DNA of 64,000 nucleotides from Promethearchaeota archaeon. Its GTDB lineage: Archaea > Asgardarchaeota > Lokiarchaeia > Sigyniarchaeales > SOKP01. Positions within the stretch are counted from its first letter, which is position 1. Each line of letters begins with the position of its first letter. The DNA is taken from the NCBI GenBank assembly GCA_019058365.1, contig JAHPZE010000002.1, forward strand, positions 256,001 through 320,000, given 5' to 3'. This document shows, piece after piece, positions 38,355-49,614 of this stretch. Under the pieces are notes generated by a model that saw only the letters and a program-made list of their open reading frames with translations, was not told the DNA's origin and searched no databases. The position numbers were made by a program, and so were the translations under genes.

Positions 38355-40811
38355 TTATTCAGTAAACTGTGTCTGTACTTGCTCATATAGGTTCTTCTTA
38401 TAAATAATTTTCACTCCAGCCCTAGTTGCAATAAAGATTACTGCAATAGGGATCAGAATCGTGCCGAGATATGTAAGTATTGTAAACTTCGGAAAGATAG
38501 CAAATTCTTCTTGATATGCCATTACCATATAATTCATTATAAGGGGTATTAAAAGAATTGCTATAAGGATCGCTAGTACGGTCCAAATCAGATTTTCCAG
38601 AATGATCTGTCCAAATATTTTCTTTTTCTTGAACCCAAGACTTCTTAACACTCCATATTCGTTTTCGTGCTCTGTTATCTTCATTATTGTAGAATTAACT
38701 AATATAAAAAATTCAACGATTCCTGCAAATGCAACAATAACAACGAGAAATGGGATTATTAGATCGCCGTATACTTTTATTTGATTTATTAAATCCGTCA
38801 TAGGTTGGACTACTGAAATGTTATCAGAAACATTATATATGTCATTAATGAGTTGTGATTCATCAGTAGGCATATCGGAATAAGTTAAAAAGAGAGTATT
38901 TATTTTTCCTGGCAAATTTGAAAATGATTGGGCGGAATTTAAAAACACATAGCAGGTTGACATAATCTCTTTAGAAATACCAACTATTTTGAATTGCTGC
39001 TCATTTCCAGAGGGATTATATAATGTAATATTATCTCCAATTTCTAATTCCAATTTTAATGAGATATGATCGGATATTACTATCTCGTAATTATTTTGAT
39101 ATAACCGACTGGATTTCCCATCTCTTTCAATAAGGTTGAAATGATGTAGGGTTTGATTCTGTTTCATACCCAATAAAATTCCCGACTGATTATCTACATC
39201 TTTTTGTGGATTTTCAAATAGCAATGTGAGTTTAAGTGCAGACTCCACTTTCTCAATATTTGGTAAAGCACTAATATCTTGCATTTCAGGACTCGCATCA
39301 TTAACTCCGATTGAAAATGATACGCTCGTATCCCATTTCTCCGTTAACCTTATTGCATTATTTGTTGTATATTGCATGCTGTCCCACATAACGAACATTG
39401 AGCTCACAATTAGGACGGAAAAGGTTATTCCGATCATCATTAGAGATGTGTTGCGCGGATTCATGGTGAAATTTCTCCAGAATAATTTATTTGAGGGTCG
39501 CATACCTTTCTTACCTTTTCTTTTTAAACTTTTTTTCGTTTTTCGCCGAGAAAATCCTTCGGAACTCTGTTGTTTATATACCAAATCAACCATATTTTTT
39601 TTCATCATCTTATAAATCGGAGGAATCATTGATATAAAGCCGATTGCTATACTTAATAGGAAAGCCTCAATAATAGGAATAAATGAAAATGGAAATAGAA
39701 CTGTTATCCCCAAAATCCCCGAGCCCATTTCCATAGCCATTTCCTCTAGAAATGCGTATGCAAACAAGCTACTGACTACAGTTGATATCAGTGTAATTTC
39801 AAGTAATAATATAATATATGACTTGGATATTTTTTTCTTAGAGAACCCCAAACAACCAAGAATGCCAATTTGTTTTTGTTGGGCAAAGATAAACTGTCTA
39901 TAGATCGACATATTCGAGGTTAGGGCCATGATAATTCCAAGAATCAGGATTATATAAAAAACTTCTGTACTTCCTTCTAGGTCACTCATTAAATAATGCC
40001 ATGTATAGCTATCTTCAAATTTAGTACTTGAGATCAATTGAATGCCAAGATTTTCAAATTTATCTTCCACTAATCCATTTATATCCTCTTGATTAACATT
40101 CTTATCAAATACAACCTGCAATTGGTTAAATTGATATGATACATATGGAAAAAATAGAAGAGGGTTCGAATTATTGATCGTTTGAATTAAATCATCTACA
40201 TTAACAAACCCAATACCCATTGATCCTTTAATTGGAAACAACACTTCAGGTGCACTATTGGTAAGAGTAAATTCAATGCTCCAGAAGTCTCCTTTAATTG
40301 TAAAGTTTACATTTCCCAGTGATTCAATCGAAATATTTTCTGAATTTTGCAGACTTCGAGCTTTATAAAATTCTTTTGATAATATTATTCTATGATAATC
40401 ACCAGGTTGCAGATTATGTCCAGATCTTAATTCATAGTTATATATTGGTAAATTATTTGTGTCTGAAAATGATGAGGTTACGTTAATTCCAATCAGCCGT
40501 ATCTGAAATGTCTGGGGGTCATCTTTTATTTTAATAGGAAACTGAAACACAAGACGGGGAACAACATCTTTCACACCTGGTATTGAGCTAATCTCATTTG
40601 CTGCAGTCGAATTAAATCCATAAGTAACATATTCATAATCAGCCCGATTTGCATCTATATAGAGATTTTCGAAAAGTGGTTTAACAGAAGTAAAGATTTG
40701 AAAAATTCCAACAGCAAAACCTATACATAGAGATAATATGATTATTAGAATTATCCTTCGTTTTCCTAATCTTTTTAAATCTCTCCAAGGTTTTTTAGTT
40801 AATAATTTCAT
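38355..40811 (-). CDS. ABC transporter permease, double FtsX/MacB-type
   Basis: Two FtsX repeats (IGILGCLGFSK and YGVLRSLGFKK) with large extracellular domains. Confidence 0.88.
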   Translation of the reverse strand: MKLLTKKPWRDLKRLGKRRIILIIILSLCIGFAVGIFQIFTSVKPLFENLYIDANRADYEYVTYGFNSTAANEISSIPGVKDVVPRLVFQFPIKIKDDPQTFQIRLIGINVTSSFSDTNNLPIYNYELRSGHNLQPGDYHRIILSKEFYKARSLQNSENISIESLGNVNFTIKGDFWSIEFTLTNSAPEVLFPIKGSMGIGFVNVDDLIQTINNSNPLLFFPYVSYQFNQLQVVFDKNVNQEDINGLVEDKFENLGIQLISSTKFEDSYTWHYLMSDLEGSTEVFYIILILGIIMALTSNMSIYRQFIFAQQKQIGILGCLGFSKKKISKSYIILLLEITLISTVVSSLFAYAFLEEMAMEMGSGILGITVLFPFSFIPIIEAFLLSIAIGFISMIPPIYKMMKKNMVDLVYKQQSSEGFSRRKTKKSLKRKGKKGMRPSNKLFWRNFTMNPRNTSLMMIGITFSVLIVSSMFVMWDSMQYTTNNAIRLTEKWDTSVSFSIGVNDASPEMQDISALPNIEKVESALKLTLLFENPQKDVDNQSGILLGMKQNQTLHHFNLIERDGKSSRLYQNNYEIVISDHISLKLELEIGDNITLYNPSGNEQQFKIVGISKEIMSTCYVFLNSAQSFSNLPGKINTLFLTYSDMPTDESQLINDIYNVSDNISVVQPMTDLINQIKVYGDLIIPFLVVIVAFAGIVEFFILVNSTIMKITEHENEYGVLRSLGFKKKKIFGQIILENLIWTVLAILIAILLIPLIMNYMVMAYQEEFAIFPKFTILTYLGTILIPIAVIFIATRAGVKIIYKKNLYEQVQTQFTE

Positions 40812-40824
40812 TAAGAAAGCCTCC

Positions 40825-41550
40825 CTATATTTTCAGTTGTTTTTCCAAATCAGTTACAATTTTTCCATTCCTTATATGAATTTCCCTGGATTGTAATTTT
40901 TGCGTGAGTAGAGGGTTATGGGTAACAACTATGAAAGTCGCATTATAATCCTTTGCAATTGTTTTTATTAATTCGAGTATTTGATCACCCGTTTCCTCAT
41001 CGATATTACCTGTAGGTTCATCCATAAGGATGAGGAGATTACCCATTGCAAATTCTTCCTTCGCCAAAGCTCGGGCGATGGTGACTCTTTGCTGCTGACC
41101 TCCGCTAAGTTCGGAAGGAAGATGATCCAATCGATCGCCTAATCCGACAGCTTCGAGATATTTTAAGGCAATTTTACGAATCTCTTCTTTCTTTCCAAAG
41201 GTCTCAATTGCGATTTCCACATTTTCCAATGCGGTTAAAGAAGATAGTAAATTAAAGAATTGGAAGACAAACCCCACTTTCTTTTTTCTATAGTCTGCAA
41301 GTTCATCAGGAGATAAAGTACTAATGAGTTCACCAAAAACTTTTATCTCTCCTGATGTTGGAGAATCTATTCCACCTAATAAATTTAACAAAGTTGTTTT
41401 ACCTGCTCCAGAAGGTCCAAGTAGCGTTATTAACTCTCCCGATTTGATTTGTAAATTCACATTATCCAATGCAGTAACTTTGTATTCGCCCATAGTATAG
41501 ATTTTGCTCACATTATTCAAAATTAAGGATTGTTCTTCCATGTTAATCAT
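40825..41550 (-). CDS. ABC transporter ATP-binding protein (LolD/MacB-like)
   Basis: GPSGAGKT, LSGGQQQRV, DEPTGN and VVTH motifs. Confidence 0.95.
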   Translation of the reverse strand: MINMEEQSLILNNVSKIYTMGEYKVTALDNVNLQIKSGELITLLGPSGAGKTTLLNLLGGIDSPTSGEIKVFGELISTLSPDELADYRKKKVGFVFQFFNLLSSLTALENVEIAIETFGKKEEIRKIALKYLEAVGLGDRLDHLPSELSGGQQQRVTIARALAKEEFAMGNLLILMDEPTGNIDEETGDQILELIKTIAKDYNATFIVVTHNPLLTQKLQSREIHIRNGKIVTDLEKQLKI

Positions 41551-41754
41551 TATTCTTTCATTTTTTTAACGAATTGAAATAATTCAATGTTATAATTTTT
41601 TATTATATTATAATAGTCTTCTAACAATTTAAATCTTTTTTATGATTCCAGCTATAGATTTAACATAATCGTTTTGTACCTTCACATTTTTCGATTTTTT
41701 CCCAATTTACGGACTTTCCGTAACTTTATTATATCTTCTTCAATATTTTATACC

Positions 41755-42633
41755 ATGGCAAAGAATAAAAATTTTGAGTTAAATATACTATTAAATGCAA
41801 TTTCCTCGGAAATAACTTATAATATATTAAAACTTTATGAAGATAATAGTTTTAATTTAACCGACACCGCCAAACGATTAAATTTCTCCATATCCACAGT
41901 ACAAGATAATCTTAAAAAACTTCTTCAATCCGATTTAATTTATTTATGTGAAAAAGAATACCATCTATCGAGTTTGGGAAATTATTTTTTATCAAAATTA
42001 AAAGAATTCGAAGAAGTAAATAAATTAAGGCATTTATTTGGAAAAGTCCCTTCAAAATTAATCCCTTGCGAATTTATTGAAGAGCTTATCCCGTTATTAA
42101 AAAACATAAAACTTAAAGAGACATCTTGGCATTTTCTAAATTCTTTTAATGAATTATTAGCTAGATTTAAAGATGAGATAGAAAAGGGAGTATTTACTGG
42201 AGAGATTAAAGTTTTAGGTTGGTGGGATGTTAATTTTGATTTTGAACTTTTAAAGGCTATCTTTCCTGATATGATAATGGAATATAAATCTCTGTTAAAA
42301 TACTTTAAAAATCTTAAATTTAGATTGATCTCGGATAAAAGATTCGCCACTGATTTAGTTAATAATAAATATTTTCAAGATATGATGCAATATTTTGATA
42401 TGGGTGAATATATCAGAATCGTGGAAGATGATATAATTTTTAATTTTACAATCATGGAATATGAAGAAAATTTAAGCTTATTTATTATAGAAAATAATGA
42501 TATTGATGTAAAACATCACATATTTATCCAAAATCCTAATAGACATATTTTTTTTAATGATCTTTTTAATTATTATCAAGAAAAATCTATCCCAATTGAT
42601 GAATATATGAAGAAATTATTAGTAAATCAATAG
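41755..42633 (+). CDS. Winged-helix transcriptional regulator with a C-terminal effector domain
   Basis: N-terminal HTH (FNLTDTAKRLNFSISTVQDNLKKL...YHLSSLG); divergent from the ABC genes. The start is likely MAKNK. Confidence 0.75.
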   Translation: MAKNKNFELNILLNAISSEITYNILKLYEDNSFNLTDTAKRLNFSISTVQDNLKKLLQSDLIYLCEKEYHLSSLGNYFLSKLKEFEEVNKLRHLFGKVPSKLIPCEFIEELIPLLKNIKLKETSWHFLNSFNELLARFKDEIEKGVFTGEIKVLGWWDVNFDFELLKAIFPDMIMEYKSLLKYFKNLKFRLISDKRFATDLVNNKYFQDMMQYFDMGEYIRIVEDDIIFNFTIMEYEENLSLFIIENNDIDVKHHIFIQNPNRHIFFNDLFNYYQEKSIPIDEYMKKLLVNQ

Positions 42634-43078
42634 GATTAAAATCACACATATTTTCTTCTTTTTTAATTTATGCTAATAAGTTCTGGTTCGTACATAGTAT
42701 AAATCTTGCTTTCTTAATTCAAGATCAATGATTGTTCTTTCATAATAATCATTAAATTCTAATTATATTAAATATATGAGTTAAATTTGGATTACATTAT
42801 TTCTTTAATTAATTTTTAATAAGGTTTGCATTAATTTAAAGATTAAAAATTAAAATAGTTCAACTTTTCATCATTTTTAATTTAAATTAATAAGTACTAA
42901 TAGACATAGAATAATTATAAATTAAAATTCAGACAAACCACTAAGTAAACAATCGAAAATTTAATGGGTTTCTTCAGAATTTTTGGCTCTATTTTATTAA
43001 CTTTACTGATAATATATGTTAGACCAAATATTTACAATTTTATTATCAATTTAATAGAATAAAAAAGAGAATTTTTTC

Positions 43079-43678
43079 ATGCTAGAATATAATCTTATTT
43101 CAAAAATAAGGGAATTCGCTATTGATAATTCTGAGAAAGATGATATTCATGGTTTCTTACATGTTGAGCGAGTCCTAAATTTATGTCTACAATTAGGTAA
43201 ACATTTAAACGCTAATTTATTGATACTTGAAATTGCAGCATTACTTCATGATATTGGCAGAAAATGTAAATATAATAAGATATATAGTAAGAATCATGCT
43301 GAATTATCAGCTGAGATGGCTTTTAAATTCTTAAACTCTTATGATTTTAAACTCTCTCAAGAAGATTTTGATAATATAATTCACTGTATTAGAACACATT
43401 CATTCTCAAATAATTCAACCCCTCAAACTCTTGAAGCAAAAATATTGTCTGATGCGGATAAATTGGATGCTCTTGGTGCAATAGGGTTATACCGGACAAT
43501 AGGATTTACCATAAAAAATAAAGGAAATCTTAATGATGTTATAAAACATTTAAGAGAAAAAATAATTAAATTGAAAGATATGTTATTACTTGATATTTCA
43601 AGAAAGATAGCTAGAAAAAGATACAAAATCGTGCTAGATTTTTATAAACAAATAAAAAATGAAGCAGATTTAGATTAA
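43079..43678 (+). CDS. HD-domain phosphohydrolase
   Basis: HGFLHVERV, LLHDIG and DADKLDALGAIG motifs. Confidence 0.9.
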   Translation: MLEYNLISKIREFAIDNSEKDDIHGFLHVERVLNLCLQLGKHLNANLLILEIAALLHDIGRKCKYNKIYSKNHAELSAEMAFKFLNSYDFKLSQEDFDNIIHCIRTHSFSNNSTPQTLEAKILSDADKLDALGAIGLYRTIGFTIKNKGNLNDVIKHLREKIIKLKDMLLLDISRKIARKRYKIVLDFYKQIKNEADLD

Positions 43679-43808
43679 AAAAGGAATTAAAAATTAATCT
43701 TATTTTTAAAAAAAAAATTTTTTTAATTATTCATTGCTATTTTTATTAAAGTATGAAAAAATTATAAAATAATATTAACACTGGATTGAAAGTTCAGAAA
43801 AAATAGAA

Positions 43809-45782
43809 ATGACTCATTTTAAAACTTATCCTTTTACTGCTATTGTAGGACAAGATCTTATGAAACTTGCGCTTATTCTAAACGCAATAAATCCAAAAAT
43901 TGGTGGACTCTTAATAAAAGGGACAAAAGGAACTGCAAAATCAACCGCTGTAAGAGCTTTAGCAGATTTACTTCCTGAAATTGAGATTATTAAAGATTGT
44001 CCATTTAATTGTAATCCATACGTTCTAAAAGAATCATGTCATGAATGCCAACATAAAATAATTGATAAAAAGTTGAAGAATACTGATATAGAATTTCGTA
44101 AAATGCGCGTTATTAATCTACCTATAAATGCCACTGAAGATAGAGTAGTAGGGACAATTGATATTAAAAAAGCACTGGAAGAAGGATTGAAAGCTTTAGA
44201 ACCGGGAATTTTAGCAGAAGCAAATAGAAATATTCTTTATATAGATGAAGTAAATCTACTTGCTGATAATGTGGCAGATGTATTATTGGATAGTGCGGCA
44301 ATGGGAATTAATAATATTGAACGAGAAGGTATTAGTATTCATCACCCTTCTAATTTTATCTTAGTAGGAACGATGAATCCTGAGGAAGGAAATCTGAGAC
44401 CTCAACTTTTAGATCGATTTGGATTAAGTGTGGAGGCAAAACCTATTTTAAATATCAATAAACGAGTTAAAATAATAAAATACGTTGAAGACTATCATTA
44501 TGATCCTCATAAATTTCACGATAAGTTCGAAACTAAACAAAAATTATTAAGAGAGAAGATTGTTAAGGCTCGTGAAATTCTTAATAAAGTTAAAATTTCA
44601 GATGAACAATTAGAAAACATTGCAAAATTATCTATTAAACTGGAAATTGATAGTCACCGTGCAGATATTACTATAAATATAACAGCAAAAACTATTGCTG
44701 CTTTTCATGGAAGAATCAACGTTTTAGATGAAGATATAAAAATAGCAGCAAGATTGGCATTAGCACATCGTTTAAGAAAACTTCCATTTGAAGAACAAGC
44801 AATAAATGAAGATGATATCGAAAAGATGTTTGAAGAACAAGATAAGGAAGAAGCACAGAAATTGAATATAAATAATCCAGAACATCGAAATAATAAAGAA
44901 ATTATAAATCTAAAAGAGGAAATTTTCGATATAGATACTAAGATATCTACAGATGGACTATTAGAAAAAAAAAGAATTGTAACAGATATGAACACCTCTG
45001 GTCAAAGAATATTACACCCTACTCGTGATAAAAAGGGGAAATATATTGGTGGTCAAAAACCCAAAGATTTTAATTTTAAATCGTCTTCGGATATTGCTAT
45101 TCTTGAAACTATTAATAAGGCCGCTTTAGAACCTGAAAATAAAAATGCTTTTAAAAATGGAGCAAAATTAGAAATTAAAAATGAACATATATATATTAAG
45201 AAAAGAATTGGAAAATCAAGCAATTTATTTATTTTCTGTGTTGACGCTTCAGGATCGATGGGAGCAAATGAAAGAATGATAACCGTTAAAGGAGTGATAT
45301 TTTCTATCCTTCAATCTAATTATGTATATCGCGATAAAGTCTCATTAGTTGTTTTTCGTGGAGACGATGCAGAAGTTATTTTACCTCCCACTCGAAGTAT
45401 TGATTTAGCATATAAATTATTAAAAGAAATACCTACAGGAGGTACAACACCACTAATTAAAGGGTTAGTAAAAGCATTAGATATTGCTCTTGAAGAGAAA
45501 AGAAAGAAAACAGGATATATACCCTTGATCATTCTTATTTCTGATGCCAGAGGAAATGTATTTTATAAGGACGCTATAGACGATTTAGTAAAAACTGGTA
45601 AAGAAATTTCTAAAAATCAAATTGATATGATTATTATTGATACAGAAGGCTTGGATGTCAAATTAGAAATTAATAAAAAATTATCTGAATCAGCAAATGC
45701 GAAGTATTATCATATTGATACCATGAATAAAGAAAAAGTAAATGAAATTCTGGGAATGGAAGGATTATTTGAAAATATCTAA
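43809..45782 (+). CDS. Class I chelatase AAA+ subunit fused to vWA (ChlI/ChlD-like)
   Basis: [27 protein letters not shown] and MNPEEG motifs; vWA VDASGSM. Confidence 0.9.
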   Translation: MTHFKTYPFTAIVGQDLMKLALILNAINPKIGGLLIKGTKGTAKSTAVRALADLLPEIEIIKDCPFNCNPYVLKESCHECQHKIIDKKLKNTDIEFRKMRVINLPINATEDRVVGTIDIKKALEEGLKALEPGILAEANRNILYIDEVNLLADNVADVLLDSAAMGINNIEREGISIHHPSNFILVGTMNPEEGNLRPQLLDRFGLSVEAKPILNINKRVKIIKYVEDYHYDPHKFHDKFETKQKLLREKIVKAREILNKVKISDEQLENIAKLSIKLEIDSHRADITINITAKTIAAFHGRINVLDEDIKIAARLALAHRLRKLPFEEQAINEDDIEKMFEEQDKEEAQKLNINNPEHRNNKEIINLKEEIFDIDTKISTDGLLEKKRIVTDMNTSGQRILHPTRDKKGKYIGGQKPKDFNFKSSSDIAILETINKAALEPENKNAFKNGAKLEIKNEHIYIKKRIGKSSNLFIFCVDASGSMGANERMITVKGVIFSILQSNYVYRDKVSLVVFRGDDAEVILPPTRSIDLAYKLLKEIPTGGTTPLIKGLVKALDIALEEKRKKTGYIPLIILISDARGNVFYKDAIDDLVKTGKEISKNQIDMIIIDTEGLDVKLEINKKLSESANAKYYHIDTMNKEKVNEILGMEGLFENI

Positions 45783-45791
45783 TTGTGAATA

Positions 45792-48700
45792 TTGATTATG
45801 AATCAAAATATAGATAATACGAGAGATACACCTAAAATTACATTAATTACAGCTTCTGTTTTTTTGAAATGGTTAACCGAAGGTATTCACGAGATTTATA
45901 GTCAATTTGGAAGGTTATTCGATTTTAAAATTTTTTTTCTTAATGATTTGGACTCAGGAAAAATATCAAAAGAGGAAGTTCAAGAAGCTATTTATCAATC
46001 TAAAGTTATGTTAATTGATATCCGAGGAAATTCTCCTACAGTTGAACTATTGGTAAAATCTTATGAAGAAATGGAAAAAAATCAACCAGAATTATTTGAT
46101 ACCAAAGAAATAATAGCATTAGTGGGAGGGAATAGCGAAATAAGAGGTTTAACAAAAATGGGGCCCTTTCAAGCCCGAAAAATACCTTCTCCTCAAAATA
46201 GGGAGTATAATATCGATGAAATACCAGATTTAACGAAAGCAGTAAGATTTGGACAAAGAATGACTGAGTTTTTGAAATTTTTAGGAAAAGTATTCCCTTT
46301 TAAAGTATTAAGACATGCGCGCTATTGGGTCATAATGATGGATTACTGGGTACATGGATTGGGAGGTATCGCTGAGAATCATAAATACATGCTCCTGTTT
46401 CTTTTAAAGCACTATTTAGGATATAAGAATATTAAGGTTCCCAAACCAAAAAAGATACCCTCTTTTGGCATTTATGATCCTCAATTGAATGAATATTTTA
46501 ATAATACTGAAGATTATTTTAGAAAAAAGCCAATAGACCATAATAAACAAACTATAGGAATATTTTTTTATGGAGGATTATACTTTGAACAATCTTTACC
46601 TATAGTAAAAGAATTTATGAAAAATTTCTCAGAATTTAATACTCTTCCTGTTTTTTCTGATGTTTTAACAAATGTAGAAGCTTATCAAGAATTATTTTTT
46701 AAAGGTGGAGTAAAATTAATAAGCGCTGTTATTAATCTTCAATATTTTCAGTTAAATGGGGGTCCTTTTGGTGGAAATACCTATATAACAAGGGATTTAT
46801 TTAAAAAATTAGATATCCCACAATTTAATCCAATTATACAATATGATATGTCTTTTGAGGAATATACTAAATCAAATGAAGGGATTAACCCCATTAACCA
46901 AGTGATTGCAATTGCAATGCCCGAATTAGATGGAAGAATAGAAATGATTACTGTTGGCAGTCTTAAAAATTTAGGATATTCTGATGATTTAAAATCCAAT
47001 ATTTTAGAAGTACAACCAATAATTGAAAATGTTAAATTCTATGCTCAAATGGTTAAAAAATGGTTATATTTGAGACTAAAAGAAAATTCTGAGAAAAAAC
47101 TAGCAATTATTATTTATAACTATCCTCCTGGGGAAGATAAAATAGGTAATGCTGCATATTTAGATGTGTCTGAGTCAATCAAGAATTTAATAGAAAAATT
47201 AATTAAAGAAGGATACAATACAGAAAAAATCCCTGAAAACAAAAATTTAATGGATTTATTTATTGATTTTGGTGCTGTAAATACACCAAAATATATGAAG
47301 ATCCAAAAATATAATGGACATAAAGTCTCTTTACAAGTCTATCTTAAATTCTTTAAAAATCTTCCTTTACATCTCCAAGATGAAATTATTGAATATTGGG
47401 GACCTCCACCCGGTAAGATTATGGTAGACAATTCACATCTCAAATTACCCATTATTCAATTTGGTAATATATATATTTGTCTACAACCCTCCAGAAGTAA
47501 AGTATCTGGAGATCCTAATGAATATCATAACAAGAATTTACCCCCTCATCATCAATATTTCGCTTTTTATCGTTATTTAGAAAATATTTTAAATATAGAT
47601 GCCATAATTCATGTTGGAACTCATGGGACTGAAGAATTTCTTCCAGGCAAGGAATGTGCTGGTTGGATTTATGATTTTAATTTAAACTTAATTAGTAGTA
47701 TACCAAATATTTACTATTATCATATTACAAATACTAGTGAATCAGCTATCGCTAAAAGAAGAAGTAATGCGATTATTATTAATCATGCTGGACCTTCATT
47801 CAAAAACGCGGGATTGTATCAAGAATTTGCTCAGTTAGAGTTATTAATATCTGAATATCAAAATACCAACCTTTCTTTTAGCCTTAAAACCCAAAAGAAC
47901 AATAGAATCGATGATCTCGAAAAAGAAATTAAATATTTAGCAAAAAATATGAATATTGATTACGAACATATAGCAGAGTTGGAAGATAAATTATATAGAT
48001 ATAAAGCTTCTGTAATTCCCATGGGGCTTCACATATTAGGAAAATCTTATTCTTCTCAACAAAAATTTGATCTAATTCGAATGATTTTATTACACTCAAC
48101 TGAAAAACCGGATTATGTTGAAGAATTTCTGTCATATTTTAAGAACAAAGAAAAAATTGATGTAAAAAAGGTTAAAAATTACTTAGACACTTTTTTTAAG
48201 AGTAATGCAAATCAATTGTCTTTTGAAGATATAAATCAAAAGTTAGTATCTGAATATAGTATAAGTGAAGAAATAAATCAATTAACAATAAAATGGATAT
48301 TGTCTTTAAAAAACAGAATTGAAAATTCTCTTGAATTAGACAATATCATCCATGCTCTGGAAGGAGGATATATTGAGCCAGGATTAGGAGGGGATCCAAT
48401 CCGTTCTCCTCATATTTATCCAACTGGAAAAAATTCATATGGTTTTGATCCACGGCTAATACCTAATTCTACTGCAATAAAACGAGGAAATGAAATAGCA
48501 GAAAAATTAATTCAAAATTACAAAACTAATAATAATGAGTGGCCCGAAACTGTTAGTGTAGTACTATGGGCCTTTGAAACTATGAAAACTGGGGGAGAGA
48601 CTATTGGGCAAATTTTTAATTATTTAGGAGTTAAATCCGTTAAAAATAAATCCATTTGGACCACTGAATTAGAAATCATACCTTTAGAAGAAATGAATCA

Positions 48701-49595
48701 TCCGAGAATCAATGTGATTATTACAATTTGTGGTATCTTTCGAGATACATTCCCTTATCATCTAGAATTAATTAATAAAGCAATTGAATTAGTAGCAGAG
48801 CTAGATGAAGATATTGAAAATAATTTTGTAAAAAAATCGATGTTTACATTGAAACAGAAAGGAGTAGAGAATATCGAAGCACGTGTATTTGGTCCACCTC
48901 CAGGAAAATATAATACAAATTTAACAGAGATAATAGCAGCTGGAAAGTGGGATGATGAGACAGAATTGGCAGAAGATTACCTTAAAAATATGAGTTTTGC
49001 ATATATGAAGAACCAGAAAGTAAGACAATTAGAAAAGAATTTTAGATTAAATATTAATGAAATTAAATTAATGAGTCAAATAAGAGATTCGAGTGAATAT
49101 CAAATAACAGACTTAGATCACTACTATGAGTTTACTGGAGGATTAGCTCGTACATACAAACAAATTAATGGAAAAGACGCAAATGTTTATATAGCAGATT
49201 CTTCTAGTAAAGAAATTAAAATAAATACTTTAAGGGAAAGCATTAAAGAAGGCGCGATAACGCGTTCGTTGAATCCTAAATGGATTAATGGTTTATTAAA
49301 GCATAAGTATCATGGCGGTCAAAAAATAGCTGAAAGAGTAGAAAACTTTCTTGGCTTATCTGCTACAACTCATGAAGTAGATAACTGGATTTGGGATAAA
49401 GCATATAATCAATATATAGAAAACGAAGAATTGAGGGAACGTTTAAAGGATAATAACAGGTTTGCAATGATGGACATAATAAAAAATATGCTTCAAGCTA
49501 ATAACAGAGGTTATTGGGATGCTAATGAAGAACAAATAAATAATTTGAAAAAAATTTATCTTGAAATAGAAAATTGGGTTGAATTAAAGTACTAA
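45792..49595 (+). CDS. CobN/BchH-type chelatase large subunit
   Basis: AMPELDG, YNYPP, HVGTHG, PTGKN and LNPKWI motifs. Confidence 0.9.
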   Translation: MIMNQNIDNTRDTPKITLITASVFLKWLTEGIHEIYSQFGRLFDFKIFFLNDLDSGKISKEEVQEAIYQSKVMLIDIRGNSPTVELLVKSYEEMEKNQPELFDTKEIIALVGGNSEIRGLTKMGPFQARKIPSPQNREYNIDEIPDLTKAVRFGQRMTEFLKFLGKVFPFKVLRHARYWVIMMDYWVHGLGGIAENHKYMLLFLLKHYLGYKNIKVPKPKKIPSFGIYDPQLNEYFNNTEDYFRKKPIDHNKQTIGIFFYGGLYFEQSLPIVKEFMKNFSEFNTLPVFSDVLTNVEAYQELFFKGGVKLISAVINLQYFQLNGGPFGGNTYITRDLFKKLDIPQFNPIIQYDMSFEEYTKSNEGINPINQVIAIAMPELDGRIEMITVGSLKNLGYSDDLKSNILEVQPIIENVKFYAQMVKKWLYLRLKENSEKKLAIIIYNYPPGEDKIGNAAYLDVSESIKNLIEKLIKEGYNTEKIPENKNLMDLFIDFGAVNTPKYMKIQKYNGHKVSLQVYLKFFKNLPLHLQDEIIEYWGPPPGKIMVDNSHLKLPIIQFGNIYICLQPSRSKVSGDPNEYHNKNLPPHHQYFAFYRYLENILNIDAIIHVGTHGTEEFLPGKECAGWIYDFNLNLISSIPNIYYYHITNTSESAIAKRRSNAIIINHAGPSFKNAGLYQEFAQLELLISEYQNTNLSFSLKTQKNNRIDDLEKEIKYLAKNMNIDYEHIAELEDKLYRYKASVIPMGLHILGKSYSSQQKFDLIRMILLHSTEKPDYVEEFLSYFKNKEKIDVKKVKNYLDTFFKSNANQLSFEDINQKLVSEYSISEEINQLTIKWILSLKNRIENSLELDNIIHALEGGYIEPGLGGDPIRSPHIYPTGKNSYGFDPRLIPNSTAIKRGNEIAEKLIQNYKTNNNEWPETVSVVLWAFETMKTGGETIGQIFNYLGVKSVKNKSIWTTELEIIPLEEMNHPRINVIITICGIFRDTFPYHLELINKAIELVAELDEDIENNFVKKSMFTLKQKGVENIEARVFGPPPGKYNTNLTEIIAAGKWDDETELAEDYLKNMSFAYMKNQKVRQLEKNFRLNINEIKLMSQIRDSSEYQITDLDHYYEFTGGLARTYKQINGKDANVYIADSSSKEIKINTLRESIKEGAITRSLNPKWINGLLKHKYHGGQKIAERVENFLGLSATTHEVDNWIWDKAYNQYIENEELRERLKDNNRFAMMDIIKNMLQANNRGYWDANEEQINNLKKIYLEIENWVELKY

Positions 49596-49614
49596 TTTAT
49601 CTAAATTATTGATA

